This document shows positions 9,093 to 19,449 of a stretch of 64,000 nucleotides of DNA, piece by piece. How positions within the stretch are numbered: position 1 is the stretch's first letter; each line of letters begins with the position of its first letter. The notes below the pieces were generated by a model. That model saw nothing but the letters and a program-made list of their open reading frames with translations. It searched no databases and was not told where the DNA came from. The translations under genes were made by a program, and so were the position numbers. The stretch lies in the NCBI GenBank assembly GCA_944321345.1, contig CALUKY010000013.1:6027-70026 (forward strand), in the 5' to 3' direction. Source of the DNA: an uncultured Paraprevotella sp. (GTDB lineage Bacteria; Bacteroidota; Bacteroidia; Bacteroidales; Bacteroidaceae).

Positions 9093-9883
9093 TATTTAAA
9101 GGCTACTATTAAAGTTACTAAAGAAAGCATGGAACTTAACACAGAGATCCAAGGCGTTACATTGCCCAGCTGTCCGCTCCGGTATTGCACGGATTTCACA
9201 TCGTTCGGCTCCACATATACCACATCATTCTGCTGCAGGTAGAAATACGGTGAGTCAAAAATCGCTTTCGATTTCAGATCCAGATAATGCACCGTGCGCT
9301 TGCCCGCCTCCTCGCGGATCACGGCCACCCGGTCGCGCCGTCCCTGCATCGTCAGGTCTCCCGCCTGGCTGATGGCATCCAGCAGGGTAATGCGCTCTCC
9401 TTTTACCTCAATGGCTCCCGGGCTTTTCACTTCACCCAGCATCATCACCTTGAAGTTCAGGATGCGCACCTGCACCACCGGCTCCTTAATCAGATTCTTC
9501 TGGATCAACTCTTGCTTGATTTTATTTTTGAGTTCCAAAGTTGTCATTCCTTCCACAGTCATCCGGCCTAAAACAGGCAGATCCACACACCCGTTTACAT
9601 CCACTAGATAGGCAGACTGCTCCGGATTGTTAGTTGTATTACTCATCTCCTGTATCAAAGCACTCTGATTAAAAGGCTTGGCAGCCTCCGGAGTCTGTGC
9701 CAGAATCAGAATCTGCAGCAGATCATCCTTTCGGATTTCCGCTTCATAGTCCGCCTCCTTCATTTCCTGCACCATCTCCGCTCCCAAATCCTGCAAATAA
9801 AGCACCTTTTTGGGGGTAAAGCAGGAAGTCAGCAAGGCCGGTAAAATCAACAACAGTAAGTATTTCTTCCCAATCATCTTCAT
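9092..9883 (-). CDS. wza: polysaccharide export protein (Wza/BexD-like)
   Basis: 263 aa. It has a lipoprotein signal (LLTSC), Poly_export and SLBB-like regions, and a hydrophobic C-terminal helix. Its stop overlaps the wzc start by 1 nt. Confidence 0.85.
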   Translation of the reverse strand: MKMIGKKYLLLLILPALLTSCFTPKKVLYLQDLGAEMVQEMKEADYEAEIRKDDLLQILILAQTPEAAKPFNQSALIQEMSNTTNNPEQSAYLVDVNGCVDLPVLGRMTVEGMTTLELKNKIKQELIQKNLIKEPVVQVRILNFKVMMLGEVKSPGAIEVKGERITLLDAISQAGDLTMQGRRDRVAVIREEAGKRTVHYLDLKSKAIFDSPYFYLQQNDVVYVEPNDVKSVQYRSGQLGNVTPWISVLSSMLSLVTLIVAFK

Positions 9884-9938
9884 AATCTCTATTTTTCAAG
9901 TATATAGTCGGCACAAAGATAATCTTTTTTTATAAGTC

Positions 9939-11195
9939 TTAAGCAAGAATTGCCTTTTTGATTTGCCCGACGATATAGATTACATCTTCTTCCGTCACAC
10001 AAGGTCCGCTCGGCAAACACAATCCCCGCTTGAACAGAGCCTCACTGACCCCATTTACATAGGCCGGATTCTTTGCATAAACCGGCTGCCGGTGCATCGG
10101 TTTCCACAAGGGGCGCGATTCTATTCCGGCAGCATCCAGAGCCAGGCGCATCGCTTCCACATTGGCATTCGGTTCGCAGTCCGTACGCAGTGTTTTGGCA
10201 GCATGCGTCACTCCGGCAGCACCACCAACAGCCCCTTCAATCTTGGCTTCATAAGCATGTTCCTGACCTTTCACTTTCAGGTCTGCATCCAACAGGATGG
10301 TATTCAGCCAGAAATTACTGTCATAATCAGCCGAAGGATTCTCATGCAAAGTAATCCCCGGAACGTCCTTCAGCAATTCCTTATATAAAGCAAACACCTT
10401 TTTGTGATGGTCAATATGCTCCTGAAGCACCGTCATCTGTCCGCGCCCGATACCGGCACAGATATTACTCATCCGATAATTATAACCGATATGTTCATGC
10501 TGATAGTACGGATAAGCTTCACGGGCCTGGGTGGCATAATACATAATTTCCTGCTTGGCAGCTACATCCGGACAGATCAAAGCGCCACCACCAGAAGTAG
10601 TAATCATCTTATTGCCATTAAAGGACAATACTCCATAACGGCCGCAAGTTCCGCACACCTGTCCTTTGTAACGGCTACCCATGCCTTCCGCAGCATCTTC
10701 AATCACCGGAATCCCATACTTATGGGCCACCGCCATGATCTCATCAATCTTTGCAGGCATACCATAAAGATATACCGGAACAATAGCTTTTGGCTTTTTA
10801 CCAGTCTTTTCGATACGGTCCAGAATAGCCTGCTCCAATAAGACCGGATCCATATTCCAGGTATCCGGTTCCGAATCCACAAATACCGGAGTGGCTCCCA
10901 GATAAGTTACAGGATGCGAAGAGGCACAGAACGTAAAGGTCTGCACCAACACCTCATCACCCGGGCCAACTCCACAGGCCAGCAAAGCCAGATGCACCGC
11001 TGCCGTTCCGGCAGAAAGAGCCACTACTTCTTTTCCTTCCACACCACAGAAATCCTTCAGATCCTGTTCAAATCCATTCACATTCGGTCCAAGAGGCACC
11101 ACCCAGTTGGTATCGAATGCTTCCTGGATATACTTCATTTCATTGCCGCTCATATGAGCGAGACAAAGATAAATTCTTTTTTTATTTTCACTCAT
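9939..11195 (-). CDS. DegT/EpsN-type PLP-dependent sugar 4-aminotransferase
   Basis: Track ORF trimmed to the ATG at 11195. KRIYLCLAHMSGNEMKYIQEAFDTNWVVPLGPNVNGFEQDL parallels the N-terminus of B. subtilis EpsN. Confidence 0.85.
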   Translation of the reverse strand: MSENKKRIYLCLAHMSGNEMKYIQEAFDTNWVVPLGPNVNGFEQDLKDFCGVEGKEVVALSAGTAAVHLALLACGVGPGDEVLVQTFTFCASSHPVTYLGATPVFVDSEPDTWNMDPVLLEQAILDRIEKTGKKPKAIVPVYLYGMPAKIDEIMAVAHKYGIPVIEDAAEGMGSRYKGQVCGTCGRYGVLSFNGNKMITTSGGGALICPDVAAKQEIMYYATQAREAYPYYQHEHIGYNYRMSNICAGIGRGQMTVLQEHIDHHKKVFALYKELLKDVPGITLHENPSADYDSNFWLNTILLDADLKVKGQEHAYEAKIEGAVGGAAGVTHAAKTLRTDCEPNANVEAMRLALDAAGIESRPLWKPMHRQPVYAKNPAYVNGVSEALFKRGLCLPSGPCVTEEDVIYIVGQIKKAILA

Positions 11196-12213
11196 ACCCT
11201 CTATTTTTTTCTCCGACATTCAATAAAATATCACATTTTGAGAAAGTCTTTCCATATTCAGGAAAGAATATACTATTATCTACATCTTTTCCTTGAATCC
11301 AAGAAATAATAGCCTGAGGCATATTTACCCCAGCTTCATGTGAGAAAGGATATCCTCCTCCAAAACGAGGATTCAGTTCCAATACATAATATTTCCCATC
11401 ACGTTCAAGGATATCACAATCCAAATTAGCAATATGGCCAAGTGCATTGCCTATAGTCGCCCCAATATCTCGAATATTGGGATTATCTACAGTAATAGCC
11501 TTGTCTGTTTCTCCACTTCGCATTGCCAATTTTTGTTTTACTGAAACACCGCGGAATTTTCCATTCAAATCATTAGCAATATCCAAACCATATTCAGGAC
11601 CTTTTATTACTTCTTGAATCAAAAGGAATTCATCTTCTACGGAAGCTGTAGCCAAGATAGACTTCATTACTTTCTTGCGATCCAATTTATAAACCATTTC
11701 CAGTTCTTCCAAATCGTCAACGAACTCCAAACCTATAGAACCCGATCCCCAACGAGGTTTGATAATTAATGGGAAATGGAGTTTTCCTGCTTTTATTGCT
11801 TCCAAAGCTTCATTATAATTAACATAAGTTTTGGGAGTATTCAAACCAATACTTTCAATAAATTGAGCGGTCTTATATTTATCAAAACAAATATCAATAA
11901 CATTTGAATCAGAAACAATAACTTTTGTACCAATAGCCTCAAAATCAGACTTTCGTTCAGCAAGAATAGGAAGTTCCAAATCATTCAGTGAAATCAACAC
12001 ATCAACCTTATACTCTTTACAAATATTAAGTGTTGTAGGAATATAATCTTCTGCATACACGCGTGGAACTTGAATTTTGACGTCTGCTGCAGTAAGAGCC
12101 GGCGCACTTAACTGCATATCAGTGGCAATAATCTTTCCACTATCACCAATTATTTCTTTAAAATATTTAAGCAAGTAACGTCTACGACCTGCACAGGTAA
12201 ATAAGATATTCAT
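11188..12213 (-). CDS. ATP-grasp domain ligase
   Basis: 341 aa with IIKPRWGSGS, YVLELNPRFGGGYP. The gene is AT-rich. Confidence 0.8.
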   Translation of the reverse strand: MNILFTCAGRRRYLLKYFKEIIGDSGKIIATDMQLSAPALTAADVKIQVPRVYAEDYIPTTLNICKEYKVDVLISLNDLELPILAERKSDFEAIGTKVIVSDSNVIDICFDKYKTAQFIESIGLNTPKTYVNYNEALEAIKAGKLHFPLIIKPRWGSGSIGLEFVDDLEELEMVYKLDRKKVMKSILATASVEDEFLLIQEVIKGPEYGLDIANDLNGKFRGVSVKQKLAMRSGETDKAITVDNPNIRDIGATIGNALGHIANLDCDILERDGKYYVLELNPRFGGGYPFSHEAGVNMPQAIISWIQGKDVDNSIFFPEYGKTFSKCDILLNVGEKNRGYE

Positions 12214-12229
12214 ATCTGTAAGTTTTTAA

Positions 12230-13459
12230 TTACATATTATAAATAGACATAACATCCTCGAGTGTTTGCCTGCGACGGACAACGGTTGTTGTGTTTCCTT
12301 TTATTTCAATAATCGGAGATAGGAAATTGATGAATGTTGGCGTCAATGACATGGTATAGGCACCAATCCCATCTATTTTCACATAATCTCCATAACCTAT
12401 GTTGGATGGTACTGAGACCTGATTCAATATCACATCCTTTTCCATACAAGTTGAACCAACCAGATTGGCTATATATTCATCATGACAAACCTCATTTGTA
12501 AAGAACTTATGTGGTAAATTATTATTATGCAATGTAGGCTTCACATCAAAAACAGAACCATCTGTTGTTAGAAAATTAATCCCTGCAATCTCCTTTATTT
12601 GAAAAATTTTAGAAACATAACTGAACACATTAGCTACAACAGAGACACCCGGTTCTATGACTATATTCGGTTTTACTGCATTAAACCACTTATTACCCAA
12701 ACACTCATCAAGAATACAATCAGCATAATCCTTGTATTTAGGCCTATCACTTACATTTATTCCCTTTGCAGCAGCCCCAAAAAAGCCTCCCCCAACATCG
12801 AAATAAGATAAATCATTCAATTGGAACAACTCACAAATTTGAAGCATCTGCCTAGTAATCAATCTATAATTTTCAACAGCTCTATCAGAAGAAGAAGTAT
12901 GTCCATGCAAGGAAATAATTTTTATCCCTTGTTTTCTTAACAATGGAATGATTTCATATAATAAATCCTTGGTAAATCCAAATCGACCAGTTCTCAATCC
13001 ACATTGCACCTTAGAGACACCATTTGCATCAGTCAAATCTATATTCAAACGTAACCCCACACCAACTTCTTCATATGGATGCTCTTTTTTGTATTCAAAC
13101 ACCGCACCTAATTCATAATAAGAATCTAAGTTGATGACCGCCTTATCAGCCAAAGCTTTTTTCAAAATGTCCTCATTTTTAATAGGACCATTAAAGATTA
13201 TCTTATCATAGCCTAAATGTTGGGCTAACAGGTATTCCATTTCAGAAACCACTTCTGCATAACACCCCGCCTCCTTAGCAATCTTACACAATGCAGGAAC
13301 ATAATTTGTTTTAAAGGAATAACCGATTATAAGATGATCATAGCGCTGTTTAAAAGCATCGCGAAATGCTTTTATATTTTTCAAATAGACCTCTCCATCC
13401 ATTAAATAGAAAGGAGTTCCATATTGTTTAGCTATAGTATCTAATGTTTTAATATCCAT
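12230..13459 (-). CDS. fold-type III PLP-dependent decarboxylase (Orn/DAP/Arg decarboxylase family)
   Basis: Track ORF uses a TTG start, so I trimmed it to the ATG at 13459. Motifs: YGTPFYLMD, YSFKTN, FDVGGGF. Confidence 0.8.
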   Translation of the reverse strand: MDIKTLDTIAKQYGTPFYLMDGEVYLKNIKAFRDAFKQRYDHLIIGYSFKTNYVPALCKIAKEAGCYAEVVSEMEYLLAQHLGYDKIIFNGPIKNEDILKKALADKAVINLDSYYELGAVFEYKKEHPYEEVGVGLRLNIDLTDANGVSKVQCGLRTGRFGFTKDLLYEIIPLLRKQGIKIISLHGHTSSSDRAVENYRLITRQMLQICELFQLNDLSYFDVGGGFFGAAAKGINVSDRPKYKDYADCILDECLGNKWFNAVKPNIVIEPGVSVVANVFSYVSKIFQIKEIAGINFLTTDGSVFDVKPTLHNNNLPHKFFTNEVCHDEYIANLVGSTCMEKDVILNQVSVPSNIGYGDYVKIDGIGAYTMSLTPTFINFLSPIIEIKGNTTTVVRRRQTLEDVMSIYNM

Positions 13460-13463
13460 ACAT

Positions 13464-14474
13464 CTACTCTTTAAGATGATCTTCTTCTTCAATCGGTCCC
13501 CACATTAATTCAATCGGATTAGATTTACATTCCTCTTTTATATCCATACAAGCAGCTTCCCATGTCCATTGAGGTTTCCAACCAAGAATCTTCTCACTTT
13601 TGGTTCCAGACAAAAGAATCTGAGGAGTATCGGGCATATCCGGACGATAGCGTTTCACACAGTCCTTGGTTGCAAAAGCATTCATGATCCCTCCTACCAT
13701 CTCATCTAAAGAATAAGGTTTATAACCTGGCAAATTAAAAATGCCACAGCAATTTGTTTCTGCAGCTCTTACAATTGCAGCAGCAAAATCTTTAATATAC
13801 AGCAATTCCTTTAAACGGGATGCATCTCCATATACGTCAATACCCTGACCATTGATACATCTGCGTATCATATAGCGCCAAGGCAACATTCGTTTTTCAC
13901 CATCCAAGTAATAATAAGCATCAGGATGCCAACCATAAACCATAAAATGACGAAACACGCAAGGTTCAAGCCCTTCTGCTATTTGCATATGCTCCAGAAT
14001 ATCAGTTGCAGCTCTCTTGCAAATAGCATATACAGCATGGTCATTTCCATTTTTGGGAAATGAACGGGAAGCATCGTCATCTATTGGTTCTACATCATTC
14101 CAATGTTCAGCAACATCGCTAGGAGTCGTATTGAAAACGATTCGTTTTGTACCATACAATTTCATCCAATTGCAAAGATTCACAGTTCCTACCACAATAC
14201 TTTGAACATATGGCATCATATTACGATCTGCATGAGCCGGCATAGTTCCTGCCATATTTACAACCACATCAAAAAATGATTTCGGGAGTAAATCAAATGA
14301 TGACGGGGCAGAAATCTCAAAATTACCAATAAACTGAATTCCTTTTGTTGCAAAAAATCCGCCGTCAGATTTTCTTCTACCCACAGCAACTACATCATAT
14401 CCATTATCTTTTAAGGCAAGTGCACTGTAGCAACCCAGCTGACCTGTTGCACCAAAAACTATAGCTTTTTTCAT
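13464..14474 (-). CDS. NAD-dependent epimerase/dehydratase (SDR) family protein
   Basis: Trimmed to the ATG at 14474. Rossmann motif MKKAIVFGATGQLG, and YAICK as the catalytic YxxxK. Confidence 0.8.
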   Translation of the reverse strand: MKKAIVFGATGQLGCYSALALKDNGYDVVAVGRRKSDGGFFATKGIQFIGNFEISAPSSFDLLPKSFFDVVVNMAGTMPAHADRNMMPYVQSIVVGTVNLCNWMKLYGTKRIVFNTTPSDVAEHWNDVEPIDDDASRSFPKNGNDHAVYAICKRAATDILEHMQIAEGLEPCVFRHFMVYGWHPDAYYYLDGEKRMLPWRYMIRRCINGQGIDVYGDASRLKELLYIKDFAAAIVRAAETNCCGIFNLPGYKPYSLDEMVGGIMNAFATKDCVKRYRPDMPDTPQILLSGTKSEKILGWKPQWTWEAACMDIKEECKSNPIELMWGPIEEEDHLKE

Positions 14475-14478
14475 AAAA

Positions 14479-15111
14479 TCACTTATTAATATTTTCTGAA
14501 TTTTTAATTCTATTTCTATACGTATCCAAAGCCTCAATACCAGCCACTTCTATAGATTCTCTTTTTAATACAGAGACAATTGTTTTCAAGATAATTTTTA
14601 TATCAACCCCAAAAGATATATGATTAACATACCAAACGTCCATCGCCAGCTTATCATCCCATGTAATGGAATTGCGTCCATGACATTGAGCCCATCCAGT
14701 AATCCCTGGACGGACATCATGTCTATGACTTTCTTCTTCCGTATAATAAGGTAAATATCTTGGCAACAATGGCCTTGGACCAATTAAAGACATATCTCCT
14801 TTCAAAACATTAATCAATTGAGGTAATTCATCGATTGAAGTAGAACGTACAAACTTACCTACTTTTGTCAAACGATCCGAATCCGGCAATAGATTTCCAT
14901 AAATGTCACGTTCATCTGTCATGGTCTTATACTTAATGACCTTAAAACTTTGACCGTTTTTTCCAATTCTTTCTTGAGTAAAGAATGCCCCAGCTCCCTT
15001 ATTGGCAAAATGAAGCCAAATAGTAATAACTAATAAGATAGGCCAGATAATCAATAATACAATAAGAACTATTGTAAAATCAATCAGACGTTTTAATAAA
15101 TGTGCATACAT
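14479..15111 (-). CDS. monotopic undecaprenyl-phosphate sugar phosphotransferase (PglC/WcfS/EpsL-like)
   Basis: 210 aa with KYKTM and DELPQLINVLKGDMSLIGPRP. Confidence 0.9.
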   Translation of the reverse strand: MYAHLLKRLIDFTIVLIVLLIIWPILLVITIWLHFANKGAGAFFTQERIGKNGQSFKVIKYKTMTDERDIYGNLLPDSDRLTKVGKFVRSTSIDELPQLINVLKGDMSLIGPRPLLPRYLPYYTEEESHRHDVRPGITGWAQCHGRNSITWDDKLAMDVWYVNHISFGVDIKIILKTIVSVLKRESIEVAGIEALDTYRNRIKNSENINK

Positions 15112-15116
15112 ATCCG

Positions 15117-16259
15117 TTATTTCTCGTTTAATAAGGTTCTATATTCGTCTAATAGGGCTGCCCAAAGTTTTTTCTGGTCAAATCGATCTATCACCATCTT
15201 TCTACAATTTTGAGCCATCGCTTTTACCTTTTCGGGAAAAAGCAAAAAATCTTCCATTGCCTGATACAATGCCATTTCATTTTGTGGTTCTATAATCACT
15301 CCATTTTTGCCTTGTTCTATAATTTCATTGCATCCATTGATATCTGATACGATACAAGGCAATCCCATTGCTCCACCCTGAAGTACTACATTTGGAAATC
15401 CCTCACGATAACTTGGTAAGATCAAAGCATCTGATGCTGCCAAAAAAGGACGTACATCCCTTTGCAAATCCACAAATTCAATTGCAGGATGATGAAATAT
15501 TTGTTTTTCAGTTTCATCTGTTAGGGGGTCTAATTCTCGTTCAAAGGGACCTACTAAGATTAATCGCACTTGTTTATATTTTTTTTGCAACAATACAAAT
15601 GCCGAGATAAGCTCATTCACTCCTTTATCACGCACCATACGCCCTACAAAACAAAAAGTAAAGGCATCTTCTTTTCGAAAAGCCTCAGCAGCCTGTATCA
15701 CTTCGGGTGTTCTTTGGAAATAGTCTAGATCAATACCATTCACATTACCGTTTGCAATTATTTTCAATGGTTTCTTGGTAATATGATAACGGATTAAATC
15801 CTGCTTCACACCATTACCTTCTGGATTAATATGTGTTGCGCATGCACAAGTCAGTCGATCCGTCCAGATTAAGATTTTTTGTTTCAATCCGGTGGCTGTA
15901 GGAAAAACCAGTCCGGTAAAAGTATGCATACGCACCGGAACACCGGCTATCCATCCTGCCAACATGGATACCATTCCTGCTTTCGGAGTATAGGAATGAA
16001 TCATATCTGGTCGTTCTTTCAAAAACAGTAGTACCATTCGGACAAGGGAAATAAAATCTTTAACCGGAGAAATACGGCGTTTCATAGGCAAAGCTATTAC
16101 CCGGATTCCTTCTCTCTGATGCGCTTCTTCCAAAGCAGGACCAGGAGAAGAAACTCCCACCAATTCAAAATGCTCGTTCAGCATCTTTAATTGCCCTTTA
16201 AACAGTCCGTTTAAAGAAATAGGAACAGTAGTAATTCGAAAAACTTTTTTTATTTTCAT
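15117..16259 (-). CDS. glycosyltransferase family 4 (GT-B)
   Basis: Trimmed to the ATG at 16259, which removes the overlap with the upstream gene. C-terminal EGFPNVVLQGGAMGLP motif. Confidence 0.8.
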   Translation of the reverse strand: MKIKKVFRITTVPISLNGLFKGQLKMLNEHFELVGVSSPGPALEEAHQREGIRVIALPMKRRISPVKDFISLVRMVLLFLKERPDMIHSYTPKAGMVSMLAGWIAGVPVRMHTFTGLVFPTATGLKQKILIWTDRLTCACATHINPEGNGVKQDLIRYHITKKPLKIIANGNVNGIDLDYFQRTPEVIQAAEAFRKEDAFTFCFVGRMVRDKGVNELISAFVLLQKKYKQVRLILVGPFERELDPLTDETEKQIFHHPAIEFVDLQRDVRPFLAASDALILPSYREGFPNVVLQGGAMGLPCIVSDINGCNEIIEQGKNGVIIEPQNEMALYQAMEDFLLFPEKVKAMAQNCRKMVIDRFDQKKLWAALLDEYRTLLNEK

Positions 16260-16287
16260 AAATTCAGGAAATGCAGTCATTTCTCCT

Positions 16288-17175
16288 TTATTCAACCTTT
16301 TTTTTGACATAGATTGAAAAAATGAATCCTAAAGGGAAGCATAATAAAGTCAGGAATCTCTTCGGTGAATCTTGTATTATATTTTTACGTTTAGCAATCA
16401 AACAACTTGAAACATAATGAATACATTGTTTGAACTTGTATAAAAAGGTACTTCGAGGCATTGTCATATTTAACTTACGCAATTCTGCAAAGCTATTAGG
16501 ACTCATAACATATTGCTTAAAAATATTGCTTGCCATTCCATCAGACTGATAATCGACATAACACAAGTTCTCATTCAAAACCAACAAAGGATACTTTTTA
16601 TCAATTTGATACATCATGTATATCGGATTAAAATGCTTCTCACAATTAAAAGTAGGTTGTGGAGCAACTTCTTTTAATAAAGAGCTTCTATAAACTACCT
16701 TTGAATCACCAGTCTTTTTATATTTAAGTAACAAATCCATTAAATAAACGAATTTTACATTAGGCAATAATCCGCCAATTACTTCATCCTTTGTATTATA
16801 ATCAAGACCTATTATTCCAGCATAATCATTGCTTCCATATTTAAACCAAAAATCTAATATTAATGAAACCGCATTATTAGGCATATAGTCATCTGAATCA
16901 ATACATACACATAATTCTGTCGTAATATCCTCTATAGCCTTATTATATGCGGTATGTAAACCTCCATTTTCTTTATATATATACTTAATCAAAAATCTTT
17001 TCTCGTTTTCTATCCACTGGTTAACAATTGATTCCGTATCATCAGTTGAACCATCATCTATAATAAGCCATTTAAAATTGAAAGAAGTCTGATTTTTCAA
17101 AGAATTATAAGTTCTTTCTAATAATTTTTTTCTATTATACGTTGGAGTAAATATGGTTAGTAATATATCATTCAT
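16288..17175 (-). CDS. glycosyltransferase family 2
   Basis: 295 aa with TPTYNR...IIDDGSTDDT...DSDD. Confidence 0.85.
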   Translation of the reverse strand: MNDILLTIFTPTYNRKKLLERTYNSLKNQTSFNFKWLIIDDGSTDDTESIVNQWIENEKRFLIKYIYKENGGLHTAYNKAIEDITTELCVCIDSDDYMPNNAVSLILDFWFKYGSNDYAGIIGLDYNTKDEVIGGLLPNVKFVYLMDLLLKYKKTGDSKVVYRSSLLKEVAPQPTFNCEKHFNPIYMMYQIDKKYPLLVLNENLCYVDYQSDGMASNIFKQYVMSPNSFAELRKLNMTMPRSTFLYKFKQCIHYVSSCLIAKRKNIIQDSPKRFLTLLCFPLGFIFSIYVKKKVE

Positions 17176-18286
17176 ACATTATCAACTCTTTAATTTTATC
17201 AATATATTTTCCCTTTAGTTGACTTTCAAAATAGGCTTGATAAGAAGCTTTCCATAAACCAGATGCCTTAGAAACAATATCTAAGTAAAAAGTCAGATCT
17301 TTATCGTTAATCAGTTTCCAAAACAAGTTCTGGATGCTATTATAACCCTCATCAATAGCATATCCTGTACCATATTTTTCAGTTTTATCCCCAACGATTG
17401 TTCCACTTGTCGTAATTAAAGGTTTAGCTAAAAAAAGTGACTCAAAATATTTATTTGGTGCGGCATAAATATGATTAGAATGAGCCTTGTAATACATTCC
17501 GATTATATAATCACTATTAGCCATGATATTTAAACCTTCATCATATGGAACTCTACCATAAAATGTTATTCTCGAACAACTCTTTGCTTTATTCTCCACT
17601 AATTTTTGCAAAGCACCTGCTCCTGCAATATCCAAATAAAGAAAATCATTGGCTTCAACAACCTCTAACAAATCTTCTAGTCCTCTATTATAATCAAATA
17701 CTCCTACATATGAAAGAGATATCTTTTCAAAATTCGGAGTAACGACTTTAGAGATATTCAAGTTTTTATAAATGGGGACATTTTCTATTTCTAAAAAATC
17801 CTTGAAATCTTGATCTGATAATCCAATCTGTTTTTTTCTTTTTTTATCTGGTAATATAAATAAATCAGCATTTTTTATACATGCATGATCTAATGCTCGA
17901 ATCCCCATTCCTAAAAAATCTTTACGATCATTCATAACAGAATCATAAATATCATAAATCACTTTTTTCCTGAAAAAGATTTTTAAGACAAAAGCAGGGA
18001 GGATAGTATCAAAATCACACGCATGTATAACCTTGTATTGTTTCCTATATTTAATTAATTTACGAATCTGATAAAACTGCCATAAAAACTTTGCAGGCAC
18101 ATTTTTCCATTTTCTTAAATATGGAGCATATCTTTTATAGGAAATCTCATGTTCTGCAATGTTATTCACATTTAGACGATCCCAAGTTAAAGCAATATAG
18201 GAAAGATTACTTTCTTTACATGCACGGACATATTTCTCCAGCCTTATATCCTCAGCAATAAGAGAACATCTTAGGAAACAAATCAT
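17168..18286 (-). CDS. glycosyltransferase (GT-B-like)
   Basis: 372 aa. Its size, operon context and weak GT4-like C-terminal half support the call. Confidence 0.55.
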   Translation of the reverse strand: MICFLRCSLIAEDIRLEKYVRACKESNLSYIALTWDRLNVNNIAEHEISYKRYAPYLRKWKNVPAKFLWQFYQIRKLIKYRKQYKVIHACDFDTILPAFVLKIFFRKKVIYDIYDSVMNDRKDFLGMGIRALDHACIKNADLFILPDKKRKKQIGLSDQDFKDFLEIENVPIYKNLNISKVVTPNFEKISLSYVGVFDYNRGLEDLLEVVEANDFLYLDIAGAGALQKLVENKAKSCSRITFYGRVPYDEGLNIMANSDYIIGMYYKAHSNHIYAAPNKYFESLFLAKPLITTSGTIVGDKTEKYGTGYAIDEGYNSIQNLFWKLINDKDLTFYLDIVSKASGLWKASYQAYFESQLKGKYIDKIKELIMYE

Positions 18287-18288
18287 TA

Positions 18289-19449
18289 TTAAAACTTTTT
18301 ATTGCAAAATTCTACAATTTTTTTACTTGCCAAGCCATCTCCATAAGGATTTAAAGCTTTACTCATATTATGATAAATCTCATTATTATCTAGAAGTAAG
18401 GATACTTTTGAAACTATTTTTTCAAAACTTGTCCCAACCAAATCAACAGTTCCGGCATCCAACGCTTCTGGTCTTTCAGTAGTATCTCTCATCACCAATA
18501 CAGGTTTTCCCAAAGATGGAGCTTCTTCTTGTACACCTCCACTATCAGTAAGTATTAGATATGATTTTTCCATCAAAAAGATAAAATGCAGATACTCTAA
18601 AGGTTCAATAAAGAAAATATTCTCTAGAGATGATAAATCTTCCCCAAACTCATCATGAATAGGTTTTCGTACATTGGGATTCAAATGCATTGGATAAACA
18701 AAATCAATCTCTTTATACTTGTCAGATAAACAATGAATGGCCTTGCAAATATTATGAAATCCTTCTCCAAAATTTTCTCTTCTATGACCGGTTATCAAAA
18801 CCATTTTTCTCTTTTCATTGAGTCGGTCAATATCATATCCTGCATTCTTTAAATCAAAAGCAATACTTTCCGACAAAGTTTTATCAGTTTTAATTTTATT
18901 CACTACCCACAATAAAGAATCTATAACAGTATTCCCAGTTATACTTATATTCTCTTTATTCACACCTTCTTGAATTAGATTCGTTGCAGCTCGTTCAGTC
19001 GGAGCAAAATGTAATGAGGCAATACGACCAGTCAATTGTCTATTCATCTCCTCGGGCCAAGGACTAAATACGTTATAAGTTCTTAACCCTGCCTCTACAT
19101 GAGCTACAGGTATTTGCTTATAGAATGCAGCTAAAGCGGCAATAGTGCTTGTTGAAGTATCTCCATGAACAAAGACTAAATCCGGTTGAACTTCATTAAG
19201 TATGTCCTTTAAACCTAAGATTACTTTAGCAGTAATGTCGTACAAGTCCTGCCCCTGCTTCATGATATTTAAATCATAATCAGGTTGAATTTGAAAAAGT
19301 TCCAGAACCTGATCTAGCATCTGTCGATGCTGTCCCGTAACACAGACATAGACTTCATATAATAACGTATTCTTTTTAAATTCAATAATTAATGGAGCCA
19401 TTTTTATAGCTTCTGGTCTTGTCCCAAAAATAAATAAAAGCTTTTTCAT
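18289..19449 (-). CDS. wecB: UDP-N-acetylglucosamine 2-epimerase (non-hydrolysing)
   Basis: 386 aa with FGTRPEAIKMAP, HVEAGLRT, TDSGGVQEEAPSLGKPVLV. Confidence 0.9.
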   Translation of the reverse strand: MKKLLFIFGTRPEAIKMAPLIIEFKKNTLLYEVYVCVTGQHRQMLDQVLELFQIQPDYDLNIMKQGQDLYDITAKVILGLKDILNEVQPDLVFVHGDTSTSTIAALAAFYKQIPVAHVEAGLRTYNVFSPWPEEMNRQLTGRIASLHFAPTERAATNLIQEGVNKENISITGNTVIDSLLWVVNKIKTDKTLSESIAFDLKNAGYDIDRLNEKRKMVLITGHRRENFGEGFHNICKAIHCLSDKYKEIDFVYPMHLNPNVRKPIHDEFGEDLSSLENIFFIEPLEYLHFIFLMEKSYLILTDSGGVQEEAPSLGKPVLVMRDTTERPEALDAGTVDLVGTSFEKIVSKVSLLLDNNEIYHNMSKALNPYGDGLASKKIVEFCNKKF

